DNA of 64,000 nucleotides from a virus: the IMG/VR virus record IMGVR_UViG_3300033148_007408, positions 38,656 through 102,655 of that record; one strand, 5' to 3'. Shown one piece after another: positions 10,140-20,303 of the stretch (its first letter is position 1; every line of letters begins with the position of its first letter). The notes under the pieces were generated by a model, which was not told the origin of the DNA, did not search any database, and saw only the letters and a list, made by a program, of their open reading frames with translations. Both the position numbers and the translations under genes were made by a program.

Positions 10140-10826
10140 ATGAACAAATCAACAGTCTCTATAGTTATTCCCGTTTATAACCAACTCAAAATGACGATCG
10201 CTTGTCTTAACGATCTCCTCAAAACCCCTATACCAACAGAAACAATAGTAATAGATGATGGCTCTAAACGCGAACCAATATCAAAAGCACTTCCTAAACT
10301 ATTTCCACAAGTTAAACTTCTCACCAACGATACAAACTTAGGATTCGCCAAAACTGTAAATAAAGGCATCAAAGCATCAACAGGAACCCACATACTTTTA
10401 CTCAATAACGACATTCGACTTCACAATCCCAACTTTCTACAAATAATGCTCGACAACATGAAAAAACGCAATTTAGACTTAACCGCTCCTAAAGGCGGAA
10501 GAATGTGCGAGAAAACTTGGGAATATCAACCCGGAGAAGCAACTAAAACTACGGACTCTTTTACTTTTCTGCCATTCTGGTGTTGTTTGATTAAAAGAGA
10601 AGTATTTGACAGGATAGGTTTTATAGACGAATCATATGGTAAAGGGTTCTGGGAGGATGTGACTTTCTGTCTAACCGCAAAAAAAGCAGGATTTAAGATG
10701 GGAATTACTGAAGGTACAGGCGTAGAGCATCTTTATCACAGGACTTTTAGAGCAGAGGGTTATGATTTAGCCAAAGAATACGAAGAGAAACGCAAAATAT
10801 TTCTGAAATTAGTGAAGAAAATATGA
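10140..10826 (+). CDS. Glycosyltransferase, GT2 family
   Basis: VSIVIPVYN, VIDDGS, NLGFAKTVNKG, LLNNDI, WEDV. Confidence 0.92.
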   Translation: MNKSTVSIVIPVYNQLKMTIACLNDLLKTPIPTETIVIDDGSKREPISKALPKLFPQVKLLTNDTNLGFAKTVNKGIKASTGTHILLLNNDIRLHNPNFLQIMLDNMKKRNLDLTAPKGGRMCEKTWEYQPGEATKTTDSFTFLPFWCCLIKREVFDRIGFIDESYGKGFWEDVTFCLTAKKAGFKMGITEGTGVEHLYHRTFRAEGYDLAKEYEEKRKIFLKLVKKI

Positions 10827-11215
10827 TTAGTTTATCGAATGAAACCACATCTTATATGAACCGTATGATGACTTATAGATACACGAACGATGTGTATTCT
10901 ATTTTTCCACCGACAATATATCAGCGTTATTTGGCACATGGAGAAGTTGGAGTTCTAAAATCACCAGGAAGGTATTTGACTAGAACCCATAATAATAACT
11001 GGGGAACAGTGATTACAGGGAAATATCCAAATAGGTATATGGTGAGTGTGGATGGAGTTAGTCCTGGGCTTTTATTGATGAAAATATTTTATATTTGCGG
11101 GATGTTTAATATTAAGCAGATATGGTGGGGATCAATGCCAGAGATTCAGTCTTTCGGAGACAAGTTTTTTACAAAATGCATGTGTTCTTTTATACTTGAA
11201 GGTGCCAGTGGTTAA
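10823..11215 (+). CDS. Hypothetical protein
   Basis: ATGA-coupled to the upstream gene; no recognisable motif. Confidence 0.55.
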   Translation: MISLSNETTSYMNRMMTYRYTNDVYSIFPPTIYQRYLAHGEVGVLKSPGRYLTRTHNNNWGTVITGKYPNRYMVSVDGVSPGLLLMKIFYICGMFNIKQIWWGSMPEIQSFGDKFFTKCMCSFILEGASG

Positions 11216-11507
11216 TTTTAATGTTTTGGTAATGAGAATGTCAAAAAACCGTGGGCTTGGGTTATACTGTAATAATATATCCCACTTGGTGCTTCGGTAT
11301 TTACATAAAAACTGCCAGAGTTTTACGAGAGAGCCTTTAACACAAGCCACAGAATATCGAATTGAGCAATATTGCGAGTCTATTTTAAACGAACTAGGGC
11401 GTTGTGGGATAATTAGAGAAAACCAGCATAGGGTTTGTGAGTTTGCTATATTTTCACACGAAATAACACCAAAAGAATATTATTGTCATTTTGCGAGGAA
11501 AACATGA
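11208..11507 (+). CDS. Hypothetical protein, tandem paralog 1
   Basis: Aligns end to end with 11504-11803 (YCNNxSxLVLxYLHKxCQSF; EFAIFxHEITPKEYYCxFAxKT). GTG11208 start chosen from the paralog alignment. Confidence 0.7.
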   Translation: MVNFNVLVMRMSKNRGLGLYCNNISHLVLRYLHKNCQSFTREPLTQATEYRIEQYCESILNELGRCGIIRENQHRVCEFAIFSHEITPKEYYCHFARKT

Positions 11508-11803
11508 ATAAATTTGATGTTTCGGTAATGAGAGTACCACACAATCTTGGGCTGTCGATTTATTGCAACAACGTATCTTACTTGGTGCTTCTATATTTAC
11601 ATAAAATTTGCCAGAGTTTTGTGGGAGTATGTTTAACGTCGGCAGTAGAACATGAAGTTAAGGCACGTTGTGAGTTTGTCTTAAGTGATTTATGGCATAG
11701 TGGGACAATTAGGGAGAACGAGTATATGATTTATGAGTTTGCTATATTTTTACACGAAATAACACCAAAAGAATATTATTGTTATTTTGCGAGTAAGACA
11801 TGA
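11504..11803 (+). CDS. Hypothetical protein, tandem paralog 2
   Basis: ATGA overlaps at both ends; paralog of 11208-11507. Confidence 0.7.
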   Translation: MNKFDVSVMRVPHNLGLSIYCNNVSYLVLLYLHKICQSFVGVCLTSAVEHEVKARCEFVLSDLWHSGTIRENEYMIYEFAIFLHEITPKEYYCYFASKT

Positions 11804-12624
11804 AAATCGATATTTGCATAACCTCATATAGAAACGCCGAAAAACTCAAAATGTGCTTAGAGTCGATAATAGAAAAGACCAAGTTTGTCGATTACCATAT
11901 TTATGTTTTGTTAAATGACCCAAATGAAGAAATGAAAAAAGTTATCCATGATTCAATTTTTATGGGCGATGTACAATTTACCGATCGCATTACTCCGGTT
12001 TTTAATGACAATAACAATGGTTCGTTTTCTAAAAATAATAATGAGTTAGTCGCAGAGGGCGACGGAGACCTAATTTTGTTTTTGAATGACGATATCGAGA
12101 TTCAACACGATTCTTGGTTATTGAACATGACTCAAGTAACGGACAACGACCCAAATATCGGCGTTGTGGGGGCTTTATTGCTATACCCTTCAAAAAAAAT
12201 TCAGCACGTCGGGGTGTTTTTTAGCGAACGAACCAACAATCTTCCCTTTCATATGTATTATCGCAAAAGCCCAAAAGAAGTTAAGGATTTCATATCTGTT
12301 CCTCGTTATTATCAGGCAGTAACGGGAGCTTGTATGTTAGTGAGAAGAAAAGATTTTGAGACATTGGGCGGGCTATGTAATGATTATTTCTATTGCTATG
12401 AAGACATACAATACTGTTTGGATGTTAGACATAAATTAAAAAAGAAATGTGTTTATACGCCCAATGCGGTTCTTATTCATCACGAAGGAATAAGCAGCTC
12501 TTCTAAAAATAACCCCCATCTACAAAAAAACATAGAAGCATTTAGGAAAAACTGTACGGGTAAATATTATAACGATTTAGAATTTTACCTATCTAATCCA
12601 AACTTCATGGTATACAATAAATGA
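11800..12624 (+). CDS. Glycosyltransferase, GT2 family
   Basis: FLNDDI, VVGALLLYP, AVTGACMLVRR, CYEDI. Confidence 0.92.
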   Translation: MKIDICITSYRNAEKLKMCLESIIEKTKFVDYHIYVLLNDPNEEMKKVIHDSIFMGDVQFTDRITPVFNDNNNGSFSKNNNELVAEGDGDLILFLNDDIEIQHDSWLLNMTQVTDNDPNIGVVGALLLYPSKKIQHVGVFFSERTNNLPFHMYYRKSPKEVKDFISVPRYYQAVTGACMLVRRKDFETLGGLCNDYFYCYEDIQYCLDVRHKLKKKCVYTPNAVLIHHEGISSSSKNNPHLQKNIEAFRKNCTGKYYNDLEFYLSNPNFMVYNK

Positions 12625-15185
12625 ACTCTGCTGGTGGCCCCGGATATAAATGGCGCGGTAAAAATATTCGTCTCATACAAAGGCGAAATATTGATTGCGT
12701 AACTATGCCACGAAAAGATTCTTGCGTGGTTTTAAGCGCCAAGATAAAAGCAAATACCATGTACCGCGTTAATATAACAGCGAAAAATGCCGGCGGAAAT
12801 GGTTTGGTTGCTGCGAGATTTTCTTCCGGAGAGTGTGGGGCATCACCGGCATATGTAGTATCAAAAGACTTTCATACTGTGCAGATAGAGGTTTGGGTAA
12901 AAAGTATAGTTTCAAAAGATACTACCCTAGAAGTATATCGTCCCCCAAAAGCAACTGGCAATATACTCGTCAGCAATGTTTCTTTTCATATGATTAAGAA
13001 AGTTAAACCCGCACCTATTAAAAAAATAGAGGATAAGGCTACAAAAAAACGAGTGCAAGAAATAACGGCGCGACAGAATAAGTTGGAACAAAAAGAACGC
13101 GTAGATAAATTGAAAAAAATATCCGAGGCGCGAAAAATAGGTATGTCGGTCGGAAATCAGTGGCAAGGAAAGAATATACGCACAGTTAATAAGTTTGGAT
13201 CCAGTTGTGCTAATATATCGGGCTCAGACTCAATTCTTTTATTGCCAGTTGTTGTAAAACCCGACTCAATATATCGTGTGGTTATTACGGCATCTAAAGC
13301 ATCAGCGTCTGGAAATGGCGAACTATTAATAAACTTTTCTGCCGGCCGAGGTTTTGATGGACCCTTGGCGACTTTTAAGGCAAATGGTATAATACTTCGT
13401 GACTATTCTCTCAATCTTCAAAGTCCAAAAGCAAAACCAAGCACACAAGTTTATTTAAGAGTGTGGCGGTCAAAATCTTCAGGTGCCAATATACTCATTA
13501 AAGATATTAGGTATTCTTATGTGAAAGAGGTCCAGAAACCAAAACCTAAAATTAGACCTCGACCCAAACCTCGAAGTAAAACAAAAAACAAGGAAGATAA
13601 AATAATGAAATTTCGACCATATGCAAAAATAAAATCTAGTGTGGCGAATATGGTGAATGAGGTTTTAATCACCGATGCACTTCAAGTTCCCAAGGTGAGC
13701 ATAATAACTCCAACACGAGATAATCTAAACTTGCTTTCGAAATGCCATAAAGCGTTAGGTGAAAATACTGCTTATCCGAGCTGGGAGTGGATAGTTGGAG
13801 ATAGCGATTCTACTGACGGCACTGTAGAGTTTATGCAAAATGTGAAACGAGACAATGTAAAGTTCATAGAAAGAGGAACTACGGACGGTTCATTTTCTTC
13901 TATAAACAATGAGCTAGTGGAACAATCAACGGGAGAATATGTGCTCTTTCTTAATGACGACACGGAACCTCAACCGTTTTGGCTTTACAATATGATGTCC
14001 AAGATTCATCGTCATCCGGAGATAGGGATAGTTGGGGCAAAATTATTATACAGTCCAGGCAGAATACAACACGCGGGAATAGCATTTATGAACGAGGGGC
14101 CAGGAAACTTGGGTAAATCTGTGTTGAAATCATTCCCCAAGGGCTTTGCCGAACACGATCGTTTTTATCAAGCAGTTACTGGTGCTTGTTTGTTAATGCG
14201 CCGTGAAGATTTTGAAGCAATTGGTGGGTTTGATTTGGAGTACTGGTTTTGCTACGATGATATGGCGCTGTGTATGAAAGTTAAACATCAATTAAAGAAA
14301 AAGATTCTATATGCGGCTAATGCGGAGGTGTTTCATCGAGAAAGCGTAACGCAAAACAAATTCAAGACGGGCGGAGAAAAACAAAAGGCGGGAATAGAAT
14401 ATTTTAAGAAGACATGGATGCCCAAAGCAGAAAAAGATTTCAATAAGTATATGAAATTAGTGGGAAAAAACAAGTATCCAGTTGACATTTCCTTCGTAAC
14501 TTGCGTAAATAACCTTCAGCAATACACCAATTATGTTGTGGGGTCTCTGTTTAGCAACAAAACCGGTAAAAATTATGAGATTATCCCTATTCTTAATTTC
14601 GGCAACAAATATTCAGCAGCACGAGCGTTAAATATTGGAATAGACAAAGCGAGGGGTAGTTTGATTATCCTAATACACCAAGATGTAATATTCCTCAAAG
14701 GGTGGGTTGAGATGTTATATGAACGGATTGCAGAAATAGAGAAAGAGGACAAGGGATGGGGTGTATTGGGGACAGCAGGAATAAACACAAAAGATGACAC
14801 AATAGGTATAGTTTATAATACCAAGGGAAGAGTTCAATGGCAATCCACTAGGAGAAAACGCATATGTTCTGTGCAAACAGTAGACGAGCATTGCATGATA
14901 ATACGAAAAAAATCCGGATTGAGATTTGATGAGGCCTTTAATGGCTGGCATATGTATGGGCCGGACATTTGTTTGACTGCGATCCAAAAGGGAATGACTA
15001 ATTATGGGATATTATGCCCTTTAATTCACGATTCCAAATCCACTAGTTTAATTTCAGGCAAAAAAGAGTTCATGAGATACTTAAATATGCTGAATACAAA
15101 GTGGGGATCTAAAATACCACTGATAAGAACGCCCACATCGATAATAAAAAAGAGAGTGGCGAGAACTTTTGTGAGGTTCAAATGA
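12621..15185 (+). CDS. Multidomain glycosyltransferase: two CBM-like beta-sandwich repeats, a GT2 domain and a second GT-A (Glyco_tranf_2_5-like) domain
   Basis: Duplicated N-terminal unit (WxGKNIR...YRVxITA...GNG); GT2 motifs VSIITPT, FLNDDT, AVTGACLL; C-terminal ISFVTCVNN, HQDV, VQTVDEHC, WHMYGPDICL. Confidence 0.85.
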   Translation: MNSAGGPGYKWRGKNIRLIQRRNIDCVTMPRKDSCVVLSAKIKANTMYRVNITAKNAGGNGLVAARFSSGECGASPAYVVSKDFHTVQIEVWVKSIVSKDTTLEVYRPPKATGNILVSNVSFHMIKKVKPAPIKKIEDKATKKRVQEITARQNKLEQKERVDKLKKISEARKIGMSVGNQWQGKNIRTVNKFGSSCANISGSDSILLLPVVVKPDSIYRVVITASKASASGNGELLINFSAGRGFDGPLATFKANGIILRDYSLNLQSPKAKPSTQVYLRVWRSKSSGANILIKDIRYSYVKEVQKPKPKIRPRPKPRSKTKNKEDKIMKFRPYAKIKSSVANMVNEVLITDALQVPKVSIITPTRDNLNLLSKCHKALGENTAYPSWEWIVGDSDSTDGTVEFMQNVKRDNVKFIERGTTDGSFSSINNELVEQSTGEYVLFLNDDTEPQPFWLYNMMSKIHRHPEIGIVGAKLLYSPGRIQHAGIAFMNEGPGNLGKSVLKSFPKGFAEHDRFYQAVTGACLLMRREDFEAIGGFDLEYWFCYDDMALCMKVKHQLKKKILYAANAEVFHRESVTQNKFKTGGEKQKAGIEYFKKTWMPKAEKDFNKYMKLVGKNKYPVDISFVTCVNNLQQYTNYVVGSLFSNKTGKNYEIIPILNFGNKYSAARALNIGIDKARGSLIILIHQDVIFLKGWVEMLYERIAEIEKEDKGWGVLGTAGINTKDDTIGIVYNTKGRVQWQSTRRKRICSVQTVDEHCMIIRKKSGLRFDEAFNGWHMYGPDICLTAIQKGMTNYGILCPLIHDSKSTSLISGKKEFMRYLNMLNTKWGSKIPLIRTPTSIIKKRVARTFVRFK

Positions 15186-15928
15186 GAGGATTTAACTTGG
15201 ATAAAAAAACGCTTAGTGCGTTATATTTAGACCAGAAAAAGAGTTGCAAAAGTATCGGAGAATTGTATGGAGTGGGCTTTGAAGCCATAAGAAAAAATCT
15301 GATTAGATGCGATATACCAAGACGCTCCGCGGCATCTTATAAAATTAGAGATAGATTGGTGCTTAAACCGGAACAATTAGAGTTTTTAGACGGGTTTTTG
15401 GCAGGTGATGGTTCTATTTCATACAGGCTTGCGCGCGACACTTGTAACGGTTGGCTCAGTGGGATGTTCAAACACAAAGAATTCGCCAAATACATTTCTA
15501 ATTATTTGGATATAGATAAAAATGTTTCAAAATATATACATAAAAGCGAAAGATACAAGTCCGGAGAGTGCATTTGTTATACCGTTCATTCCGGAGCAAA
15601 TGTTTTTTACACCGAAGAAAGAGGTAGGTGGTACCCAAACGGTGTTAAAATAATTCCCAGTGACTTCAGTTTTTCGCCAACATCAATGAACATACTATAC
15701 TTATGCGATGGGTCTAAACTAAGGCTGGGCGCAGTAATTTGTACAGATAGTTTTGAAATTGATAATGTAGAGGCGACAATTATTACATTTTTAAGAGATA
15801 TAGGGATTAAATGTCATGTACGTAAAGACAGTAAAGTCTATATAAGCGAAAAGTCGATTAGAGATTTCTTGAACTTTATTGGCGATTGTCCGGTAAAATG
15901 CTACAACTATAAATGGAGAATCAAATGA
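15182..15928 (+). CDS. LAGLIDADG homing endonuclease (two-motif type) with N-terminal HTH
   Basis: EFLDGFLAGDGSI and ILYLCDGS motifs, WYPNGVKIIP, C-terminal YKW. Confidence 0.85.
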   Translation: MRGFNLDKKTLSALYLDQKKSCKSIGELYGVGFEAIRKNLIRCDIPRRSAASYKIRDRLVLKPEQLEFLDGFLAGDGSISYRLARDTCNGWLSGMFKHKEFAKYISNYLDIDKNVSKYIHKSERYKSGECICYTVHSGANVFYTEERGRWYPNGVKIIPSDFSFSPTSMNILYLCDGSKLRLGAVICTDSFEIDNVEATIITFLRDIGIKCHVRKDSKVYISEKSIRDFLNFIGDCPVKCYNYKWRIK

Positions 15929-16755
15929 GTAAAAATCTAATGTCCGTTGTAATACTTAATTGGAACAGACTTGAATATTCTAAACGCACTATCGAAAGTA
16001 TAATTAAAAAGATGACCGTTCCGCATATTTTAACATTAGTGGATAATAACAGTTCCAAGCAAAGTGGTATTCGAGATTATCTTTCCAGTATAACCAAATC
16101 GAACACCAACGCCGAGGAGGTTATTCATGTATTTAACGAAAAAAATCTTGGCGTTGCTGGCGGTCGAAACTCTGGAATATGGGCGGTAGAGCAGAAAAAG
16201 TTGGAACCGACTTATTTGTTTAATCTTGATGACGATGTACTCTTACCAGATCGGTTCGATGTATTAATGAAAGAAATATGTGATAAAGTGTTAAGGGTGG
16301 GAATAACAGGTGTGAGCGTAGAGCCAAACAAATATCCTTTAGTAACAATGAATGGAGTTAGGGTACAGTTGAAAAGACAGGGGAACTTGAATGGGGCAGC
16401 ACTTTGTCTATCGCGGCGTGTTCTTTTGAGAGTTGGTTATTATGGGTTTGGAAGGGGGACTATATATGGGCACGAGGATAGCTATCTGAGGTACAAACTT
16501 GACATTCTTGGTCTTTTAAGTGCTTATATTCCTGGTCGTGGCATACATTTGGACACCGATAAGGATAAAAAATATAGAAAGGCAAAGAATCTAGCACACG
16601 TAAAAGGTTCAATGCAGCTTAACGAATTATCCGGAAGTATTGTAGAAATGCGGAAAACAAAGAACGTTTATACTTCTTATACACTGCCGGAAGAATATAA
16701 CCCAGTTGACGGAAAGATTTTTACCAATGATTTAATTCTTGGTGATAGAAAGTGA
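15925..16755 (+). CDS. Glycosyltransferase, GT2 family
   Basis: SVVILNWNR, LVDNNS, NLGVAGGRN, LDDDV, YGHED. Confidence 0.9.
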   Translation: MSKNLMSVVILNWNRLEYSKRTIESIIKKMTVPHILTLVDNNSSKQSGIRDYLSSITKSNTNAEEVIHVFNEKNLGVAGGRNSGIWAVEQKKLEPTYLFNLDDDVLLPDRFDVLMKEICDKVLRVGITGVSVEPNKYPLVTMNGVRVQLKRQGNLNGAALCLSRRVLLRVGYYGFGRGTIYGHEDSYLRYKLDILGLLSAYIPGRGIHLDTDKDKKYRKAKNLAHVKGSMQLNELSGSIVEMRKTKNVYTSYTLPEEYNPVDGKIFTNDLILGDRK

Positions 16756-17711
16756 TCGGAAGAAATTATGTTCCACCATTAAACAGAGATAAACTATACG
16801 ATTTATATATTACCAAGCATATGCGTATGATAGATGTGGCTAAGGAATTTGGTGTATGTACTGATACAATAAGAAGAGATTTGAACAAATACAATATCCA
16901 AATTCGCAAAAGAGGTTATGGATTTTTGGTTCATCCAGAGATAAAATATTCACCCGAGCAGCTTGAGTTTTTTGACGGTTTAACGGTGAGTGATGGCAAT
17001 CTAGCCAAACCGAAACAGGGAAGGGCGTTCAAAAATTCATTTGTTAGTTGCAAGTTCAAATATGAAGAGTTTGCCGAATATATAAATGAATATTTGGATT
17101 TTAAGTGCAAAGTTAAAATGTATAGACATTATAGCGAGAGATATAAAAAAGGCTATTGCGATAATTATAATTTATACTCTCAAAATAATATATTTTTTAC
17201 AAAAGAGTTGTCTCGTTGGTATCCCGCTGGAGGTGAGAAAATAGTACCAATGGATTTTAGGTTTAGCCCAATATCTATAAACATAATGTACTTGGGTGAT
17301 GGTTTTATTACCTCCGGAGGCGCCGTGTTATGCACCAATTCTTTTACAGAGAGCAACTTAAATGATACATTTGTACAGTGGTTTGCTCAAATTGGAATAA
17401 TGTGTGCGGTTAAAACTGGAAACAAATTGTATTTTAATATGGAAAATACACGTAAGTTTTTAGAATATATAGGAGAATGTCCCGTTAAGTGCTATGAATA
17501 TAAATGGAAAGTTCGGGAAATTGCCCATCCTACATTTATTAAGCCACTCCAAGAAGATTTATTTGAAATGTATATAGGGGAAAAAATGTCATCGCCGGAA
17601 ATATCAAAAGTTTATAAAACCAGCGCAAATGTAATATCGAGATACCTTAGGAAATACAACATCCCAGTAAGATCTTTATCCGAGGCAGTTAAGTTGGCAA
17701 AAAACAAATGA
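16752..17711 (+). CDS. LAGLIDADG homing endonuclease with N- and C-terminal HTH domains; paralog of 15182-15928
   Basis: EFFDGLTVSDGNL, MYLGDG, WYPAGGEKIVP, IGECPVKCYEYKW. Confidence 0.85.
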   Translation: MIGRNYVPPLNRDKLYDLYITKHMRMIDVAKEFGVCTDTIRRDLNKYNIQIRKRGYGFLVHPEIKYSPEQLEFFDGLTVSDGNLAKPKQGRAFKNSFVSCKFKYEEFAEYINEYLDFKCKVKMYRHYSERYKKGYCDNYNLYSQNNIFFTKELSRWYPAGGEKIVPMDFRFSPISINIMYLGDGFITSGGAVLCTNSFTESNLNDTFVQWFAQIGIMCAVKTGNKLYFNMENTRKFLEYIGECPVKCYEYKWKVREIAHPTFIKPLQEDLFEMYIGEKMSSPEISKVYKTSANVISRYLRKYNIPVRSLSEAVKLAKNK

Positions 17712-19378
17712 AAAAACCCAAATCTAAAAAAACAAAACTCAACATCGGCACAAAATGTCATGGAGAGAATGTAAAAGTCTATCGCAGAGACCGTGGATTT
17801 GCCGTTTCTTTTAAGGATCCAGAGGCAACCATAGTAATACCAGTGCACACAGCTGAACACGCGATTCATAAAGTAAAGATAATTGCCGAAAAACCGAGTT
17901 ATTTTGGATTTGCCGAGATACGCATGTTTTTAGTTGAGGGTGGCAGAGTAATTGCACGATCCGAAAAGGCACAGGTCAAATATGATAGGTCTTCTGTTCA
18001 TTCCGTGCCAAAGGAATATTTGTTGACGATAGAAACTAGAAAAATTAAAGAAAGTGCTATTTCCGCCCAAAGAGTTTTGAAAATAAGAGGAACTGAGAAA
18101 TCTAAAGCGTTATTTTACATAAACAGGCTACAATATAAAGTAATACAAAAAAAGAAAACGCCCAAAAATACAGACAGTGCCTTGAGGTTTCACGTGTTTA
18201 AAGAAACTAACTCAGTATCCGATTTTAACAAAGAAGTTTTAATGACAGATACGAGCGATTTTCCAGCCGTTAGTATAATAGTATATGGTGAAGACAAATA
18301 TCTCAAAAAAGTATCGGCGGTAGTTAAAGACATTTCTGTTTATCCGAACTGTGAGGTAATAGTTGGCCACGAGGAAGAAATACAGGGTACACCGGAACCT
18401 AATCACATCGAATCAACAAAGCAAGGCGATTTGATTGATGTATGTAGCGGGGAATATGTGTTTTTTCTTAAAGATGATTTTGAAATAAATCCTTTTATTC
18501 TATTCAATTTAATCAGCAGTATGAAGCGATATAGGTTAATTTATCGTAGAGGAGATACGATATGCCAATATCTTTTTGCTCGACGGAAGGATTTTTACAG
18601 ATACGATGAAATTAAACTTCGTGAGTGTTCGGAGGAGAGGGATGTAAAGTTTGATTTGTCTTTTGTTTCATGCGTGAATAATATAAGACAATACACGCAA
18701 TATATAATAGCGTCTTTGTATAAAAACCATACGGATAAGGTTTACGAGCTTGTTCCTATTTTGAACTTTAAGAACAAATACTCCGCGGCACAAGCATTAA
18801 ATATTGGAACAAAACAAGCACGAAGCAATCTGATAATCGCATGCCACCAGGACTTAATCTTCTACAGGGATTGGGTTGAGACTTTGTTTGTGCGAATTGG
18901 GGAAATAGAGGAAGAGGACGAAAACTGGGGCGTATTGGGGACGGCAGGAATAACTACGAGGGAAAGTGCGATAGGGAGGGTCTATGATTTAAAGGGAAGG
19001 TGTCAATGGGAGGGTGTCAAGTCGATTATGTTTGCTTCCGTGCAGACCGTAGATGAGCACTGTGTGATTTACAGGAAAGATTCGGGGCTTGAGTTTGACG
19101 AAGAAAGATTTGACAGCTTCCATTTTTACTCGATTGATTTATCACTTTTGGCATTATCTAGGGGTTTTAAGAATTATGGTATTATGTGTCCGCTGTCTCA
19201 TATCTCAAACTCGGCAAGCATGTTAACCGGCGAAGAAGTTTTTATGAAGTATTTAACTGTGATAAGAAAAAAGTGGGAGGGTCAATTTAGGAGAATCAAA
19301 ATGCCTACCGCTATTATTGAGAGAGGCAAAATAAGCGTATTTATTAAGTTCAAAAAGGAGGAGTGGAATGGCAAGTAA
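17708..19378 (+). CDS. Glycosyltransferase: basic N-terminal domain, degenerate GT2 domain and Glyco_tranf_2_5-like domain; paralog of 12621-15185
   Basis: C-terminal LSFVSCVNN, HQDL, WGVLGTAG and VQTVDEHC closely match the 12621 protein; the middle GT2 is eroded (FLKDDF). Confidence 0.8.
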   Translation: MKKPKSKKTKLNIGTKCHGENVKVYRRDRGFAVSFKDPEATIVIPVHTAEHAIHKVKIIAEKPSYFGFAEIRMFLVEGGRVIARSEKAQVKYDRSSVHSVPKEYLLTIETRKIKESAISAQRVLKIRGTEKSKALFYINRLQYKVIQKKKTPKNTDSALRFHVFKETNSVSDFNKEVLMTDTSDFPAVSIIVYGEDKYLKKVSAVVKDISVYPNCEVIVGHEEEIQGTPEPNHIESTKQGDLIDVCSGEYVFFLKDDFEINPFILFNLISSMKRYRLIYRRGDTICQYLFARRKDFYRYDEIKLRECSEERDVKFDLSFVSCVNNIRQYTQYIIASLYKNHTDKVYELVPILNFKNKYSAAQALNIGTKQARSNLIIACHQDLIFYRDWVETLFVRIGEIEEEDENWGVLGTAGITTRESAIGRVYDLKGRCQWEGVKSIMFASVQTVDEHCVIYRKDSGLEFDEERFDSFHFYSIDLSLLALSRGFKNYGIMCPLSHISNSASMLTGEEVFMKYLTVIRKKWEGQFRRIKMPTAIIERGKISVFIKFKKEEWNGK

Positions 19379-20207
19379 GAAGAAGGTTTTGCTTATAACG
19401 ACTATCTATAATCGGGCACATTATTTGTCCGCTTGTTTGGATTCTGCATTAAACTCTACGCTGGATAAAAAATATTGGGTTCATTTACTGATCGACAACG
19501 CAAGTACTGATGGAGCGACAAAAATAGCACAGGAATATTGCGATAAACACGAGCATATGTATCTGGTTAAAAATGAAACTAATATAGGCCAAATGCCTGC
19601 TTATAACTTTGCTCTGGATTGGGTGCGGGAGAAGTTCAGTGAAATCGAATACCTGTCGATGCTAGACTCGGATGATTTAATAGCGAAAGCTGGTCTGGAG
19701 ACTTGTTTTGATTTATTTGAACGAGAGCCTAGCATCGACATATCATATTCTGGTTTTCATGTAATTGGGCCGGGTAAGGGAAAAATACAGGTTAAAAATC
19801 ACCCCAAGAGTCATCGAATTGTACCTAAAGAGATAGAGTTGACCGAAGCAGGGCAAAGGGCTTATAGACAGAGGCAAATTAATGTTCGTAATGGAAACGT
19901 GGCTACACATTTACGCTTTCTTAGATTATCCAGTCTTTTCAGTAAGATGGGACGGTTTAATGAAGACAAAGAGTTTTCGACAGATTTTAATATTTATACG
20001 TCGGCCCTCGATTTTGGAATGATTTTAGCTCGTGCGGATGCTGGAAAAAATAATAAGGGCGTTCTTTATCTTTGGCGAGATCATGGGAAAAGAAAAGGCG
20101 AAGTCGTTATTCAGGTGGAAAAAAACCACGGAGAGATTCAAAACAGGCAGTGGCATGAATTGCGAGAGTTTTATGAGAAAAAGTGGAAAAAAGAAGGTCG
20201 AATATAA
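19368..20207 (+). CDS. Glycosyltransferase, GT2 family
   Basis: TTIYNR, IDNASTDG, MLDSDD, STDF. Confidence 0.9.
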   Translation: MASKKKVLLITTIYNRAHYLSACLDSALNSTLDKKYWVHLLIDNASTDGATKIAQEYCDKHEHMYLVKNETNIGQMPAYNFALDWVREKFSEIEYLSMLDSDDLIAKAGLETCFDLFEREPSIDISYSGFHVIGPGKGKIQVKNHPKSHRIVPKEIELTEAGQRAYRQRQINVRNGNVATHLRFLRLSSLFSKMGRFNEDKEFSTDFNIYTSALDFGMILARADAGKNNKGVLYLWRDHGKRKGEVVIQVEKNHGEIQNRQWHELREFYEKKWKKEGRI

Positions 20208-20262
20208 AATAAATGCTCAATGAAATCAGTTGAGTCCAAAAAAGTTTCAGATATTTTCCACA

Positions 20263-20288
20263 AATCTATCAATAATTCCGTATATAGT
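20263..20288 (+). promoter_or_regulatory. Promoter-like motif class A (AATCTATCAATAAT-N5-ATATAGT)
   Basis: Matches the 7393 copy; followed by AAGGAGG RBS and ATG20304. Confidence 0.65.
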
Positions 20289-20303
20289 TAAGGAGGAAAG
20301 ATT

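Noticed and set aside
15182-17711. Group I introns or inteins hosting the LAGLIDADG genes
   Set aside because: Flanking genes look complete, the nucleases have their own starts and stops with 4-nt overlaps, and there is no non-coding room for a ribozyme or any intein splice motif.
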